A DNA stretch of 63,999 nucleotides, counting the filler, from Porpidia crustulata (lineage: Eukaryota), in assembly GCA_964255105.1 (NCBI GenBank). It is 9 parts of 9 records of this genome, joined end to end, with 100 filler letters (N's around TTAATTAATTAA, not from the genome) between each part and the next. Parts side by side here need not be neighbours in the genome. Positions count along the whole stretch, not along the records: positions 57,615 to 63,999 come from CAXUWE010001559.1; 8 more parts are not named here. One strand, written 5' to 3'. The notes beneath the pieces were generated by a model. The model was not told where the DNA came from. It saw nothing but the letters and a program-made list of their open reading frames with translations, and searched no databases. The position numbers and the translations under genes are program-made. Below are positions 62,690-63,999 of the stretch, in pieces (within the stretch, counting starts at the first letter, position 1; the number at the start of each line of letters is the position of its first letter).

Positions 62690-63850
62690 ATGTCCTCGAC
62701 ACTAGTTGGTCGTTCCGGTCGTGTGTATGTGCGGGATAAGGTACTTCAGGCTCATCCTAGAAAATCAGAGCTCGATGTCTACCTTGCGCAGTAGGTCTCT
62801 ATTTCTATCCCACATTCTCTAAATCCAGCCAAGCTTGTTACTGATCGGGTGACAAATGAGTCTAGCTGCGAAGGCCAACCTTTCGTCTTGAAACCAGTCT
62901 CAAAGTCGATATTCGAGCTTTCCGAGGAGCTCAATACCGAGTTTGGAAACAGCTGTCGCATACGAACACATGTCGACTACAATGAAGAGGAACGTGTTAT
63001 TATTTACGAGTACTTCAAGGACAATTTGCTTTCTTTGGTGAAGAACAACCCAGACCTTCCAACCGAAGCAAGAAAATTCATTCTACGACAACTTGGACTG
63101 GGACTCAAAGATTTTCATGCCAAGCACTGGATACACTTGGGTACGATATGGTGAAGTTCAAGGCGTCGCTCTCCGTAAGTTTGGACTGACAAAACCCTCT
63201 CAGATCTGAAGCCCAATAATGTCATGCTCAATTGGGGTTTAGACAAGAATAGCCGATTCAAAATAGAACGAGTCGTCTTGAGTGACCTGGATTGCGCTTT
63301 AAAACTCAAGGGCGAAAAGCTCCTCAGTTACAGAATGGGAAATGTCATGTGGCGCAGCCCGGAAGGACAAATGGGGATGGGAATTGGCAAACCCTCAGAG
63401 GTATTTTCTTTTGGACTTGTGGTGAGTGAGCTTTTTCTTGGTAAGAAGGTTGTTACTAAACATTGCTTAAAGTGTCTCTATACAATTACCGGTGTTGAAA
63501 CACTGCACCCAGACTTCGAGCAACTCAAGAAGGAAGGAACCGAGCCTGAACAGGTAATTTTGTACAAATTGCTATCAATGTTTGGGCCACTTCCACCGGA
63601 GCTCATCACGCATGTCAATGATGTGTATTGGGGCGAGTTGTTGACGGCATTGTCACAGGTGATAGCAGATGAAGATCCAAGTGAGCACTTCAAGCAGTGG
63701 GAGGAGCACTTATTTCCAAATCTCAACACTGAGACGAAGAGACTGATATTGAGGATGATGAATCTTGATCCAAAGAAGAGAGCAACCATAGACCAAGTTT
63801 TGGAGGACCCTTGGTGGAAACGAGTTGAGGATTACGAAAGCACTAATTGA
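62690..63850 (+). CDS. Atypical fungal Ser/Thr kinase-like protein
   Basis: Spliced: PFVLK, IIYEYFKDNLL, WIHL|DLKPNN, LSDLDC, GNVMWRSPEG, SEVFSFGLV|C and MMNLDPKKRATIDQVLEDPWW. Three introns. Confidence 0.85.
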
Positions 63851-63999
63851 CCTTTGAAAAAGGGAAATACTAACCGTACACCCGCCTTTGCCTTCTCGTA
63901 CACCCCCCCAAATGGGGTTTAGTCGCTTCTCAATTTAAACTAGCGCGGATGTAAGCACAAGAGATGAAGCATGAGCAAGTAGCGAAATAGGGGCAATAG

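Overview
Filamentous ascomycete (Pezizomycotina) nuclear DNA, judged from short spliceosomal introns with CTRAC branch sites and the fungal gene families present. The window is not contiguous genome. It is nine unrelated ~7.1 kb contigs in descending length order, joined by artificial 100-nt linkers (44 N + TTAATTAATTAA + 44 N), so adjacency across linkers means nothing. Recognisable genes: DET1-like phosphatase, PRKRIP1-like protein, UBE2O-like E2, DUR3, VMA6, NOP58, GH20 hexosaminidase, UPRTase, FEX fluoride exporter, GH16, PKA regulatory subunit, CBM48 Crp1/Mdg1-like protein, PRO1, ATP23, Aurora kinase, TIP41, CBP3, a divergent sugar permease/GH2 beta-mannosidase pair, a metallophosphoesterase, a secreted Cys-rich protein and an atypical kinase. 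Accessory-looking material: three clear pseudogenes (a NACHT-ankyrin NLR-like gene, LYS1 and a membrane protein), a 264-bp MITE with CAC termini and a 3-bp TSD, a foldback hairpin carrying telomere-like motifs, and an intronless Pol-beta/AbiEii-like nucleotidyltransferase beside the phosphoesterase. That NTase/phosphoesterase locus is the best, still speculative, candidate for an undescribed system. I recognised no rRNA, tRNA or CRISPR. All family calls are from motif recognition, not database searches.
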